A stretch of DNA of 57,648 nt. Source: Kiritimatiellia bacterium (lineage in GTDB: Bacteria; Verrucomicrobiota; Kiritimatiellia; RFP12; UBA1067). Made by a program: the position numbers and the translations under genes. The first letter of the stretch is position 1; every line of letters starts with the position of its first letter. Below the pieces are notes generated by a model, which saw only the letters and a program-made list of their open reading frames with translations, searched no databases and was not told the DNA's origin. The stretch is from contig JAQVSS010000005.1 of assembly GCA_028700415.1 (NCBI GenBank), positions 1 to 57,648 of the forward strand, in the 5' to 3' direction. Shown piece by piece: positions 57,158 to 57,648 of this stretch.

Positions 57158-57648
57158 GTGATAAGAGATCTTTTCCTGCTGATGACGCTTGTTGGATTCG
57201 CTTTTCCCGTTTTCGCGCAAGGACACGCGGACCTTCGGCGGCAACTCTCCCTGCTCCGGCCCGAGGCTGTCCGGCTCGCGCTGGACGACATGGCCGCACG
57301 GTGGCCCCAGACGTGCGCCAAAGCCGACCTCGCCTGGTGCGCCGCACTTGGGGAGCGGCGCGACGCGCTGCTGAAGCGGCTGGACGGGGGTGAACTCCCC
57401 GCCCAAGCCGAAGCCTTCTCCCTGCTCGGGCAGGTCCGCACGGCCCTGCTGGCCAACCCGCTGCTGGACATGGACCGGTTGCTTGTTGTGCGAAGGGGCG
57501 CCAACAACCTCGCCCTGCCCAACAACTGGAACCAGCAGCGCGAAGTCAACCGCAAAGGCCTGATCAACGAGATCGCGGTCATGACCAACCTGCGCGGGCA
57601 GCCCGCCGTTCAGGCGCTCCACAAGGCCGCGCCCGGCACCTATGTCGG
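57158..57648 (+). CDS. Secreted hypothetical protein, 3' truncated by window edge
   Basis: Absent from the ORF track. Hand translation from GTG 57158 (or ATG 57182) gives VIRDLFLLMTLVGFAFPVFAQGHADLRRQLSLLRPEAVRLALDDMAARWPQTCAKADLAW...NLALPNNWNQQREVNRKGLINEIAVMTNLRG, open to the end of the window. The N-terminus looks like a signal peptide. Confidence 0.55.
   Translation, partial: MIRDLFLLMTLVGFAFPVFAQGHADLRRQLSLLRPEAVRLALDDMAARWPQTCAKADLAWCAALGERRDALLKRLDGGELPAQAEAFSLLGQVRTALLANPLLDMDRLLVVRRGANNLALPNNWNQQREVNRKGLINEIAVMTNLRGQPAVQALHKAAPGTYV

Overview
High-GC bacterial chromosomal segment, densely coding on both strands. I support about 50 protein genes, one tRNA-Ala(GGC), and several promoters, terminators and repeats. 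Most long ORFs antisense to these genes are Arg/Pro/Gly/His-rich shadows and are rejected. Content is mainly housekeeping (alr, DEAD-box helicase, rimO, infA, dnaX, gap, guaB, folE, pdxB, pgpA). It also holds glycan and carbohydrate genes (DUF2961/GH172-like, DUF1080, DUF4886, GT4, a GT-C-like membrane protein, a FucP-type MFS transporter) and a TetR-TolC-MFP-RND efflux operon. The gene mix suggests a PVC-type organism (Kiritimatiellota, Verrucomicrobiota or Lentisphaerota-like), but this is low-confidence inference. Main points of interest: (1) An envelope module at 1136-6750 pairs a transmembrane Ser/Thr kinase carrying a periplasmic DUF4384-like domain with two paralogous small lipoproteins and a lipoprotein-anchored caspase-fold (C14) protease. 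(2) A five-gene nqrBCDEF-like cluster at 23938-28355 has no nqrA/rnfC, has Rnf-sized B and C subunits, and is followed by an unknown ORF. It looks lower in GC, sits next to tRNA-Ala, and is bracketed by 116-bp direct repeats that carry a promoter-like element. (3) A four-helix-bundle (23S rRNA IVS-protein type) ORF flanked by inverted repeats exactly fills the gap between a KamA-type lysine 2,3-aminomutase gene and a D-Ala-D-Ala-ligase-like ATP-grasp gene. (4) Long, low-complexity imperfect hairpins recur at several intergenic sites. (5) A predicted secreted 950+ aa protein fuses a glycosidase-like region to a class-I glutamine amidotransferase / peptidase C26 domain. All functional calls rest on motif recognition by eye; no searches were run.
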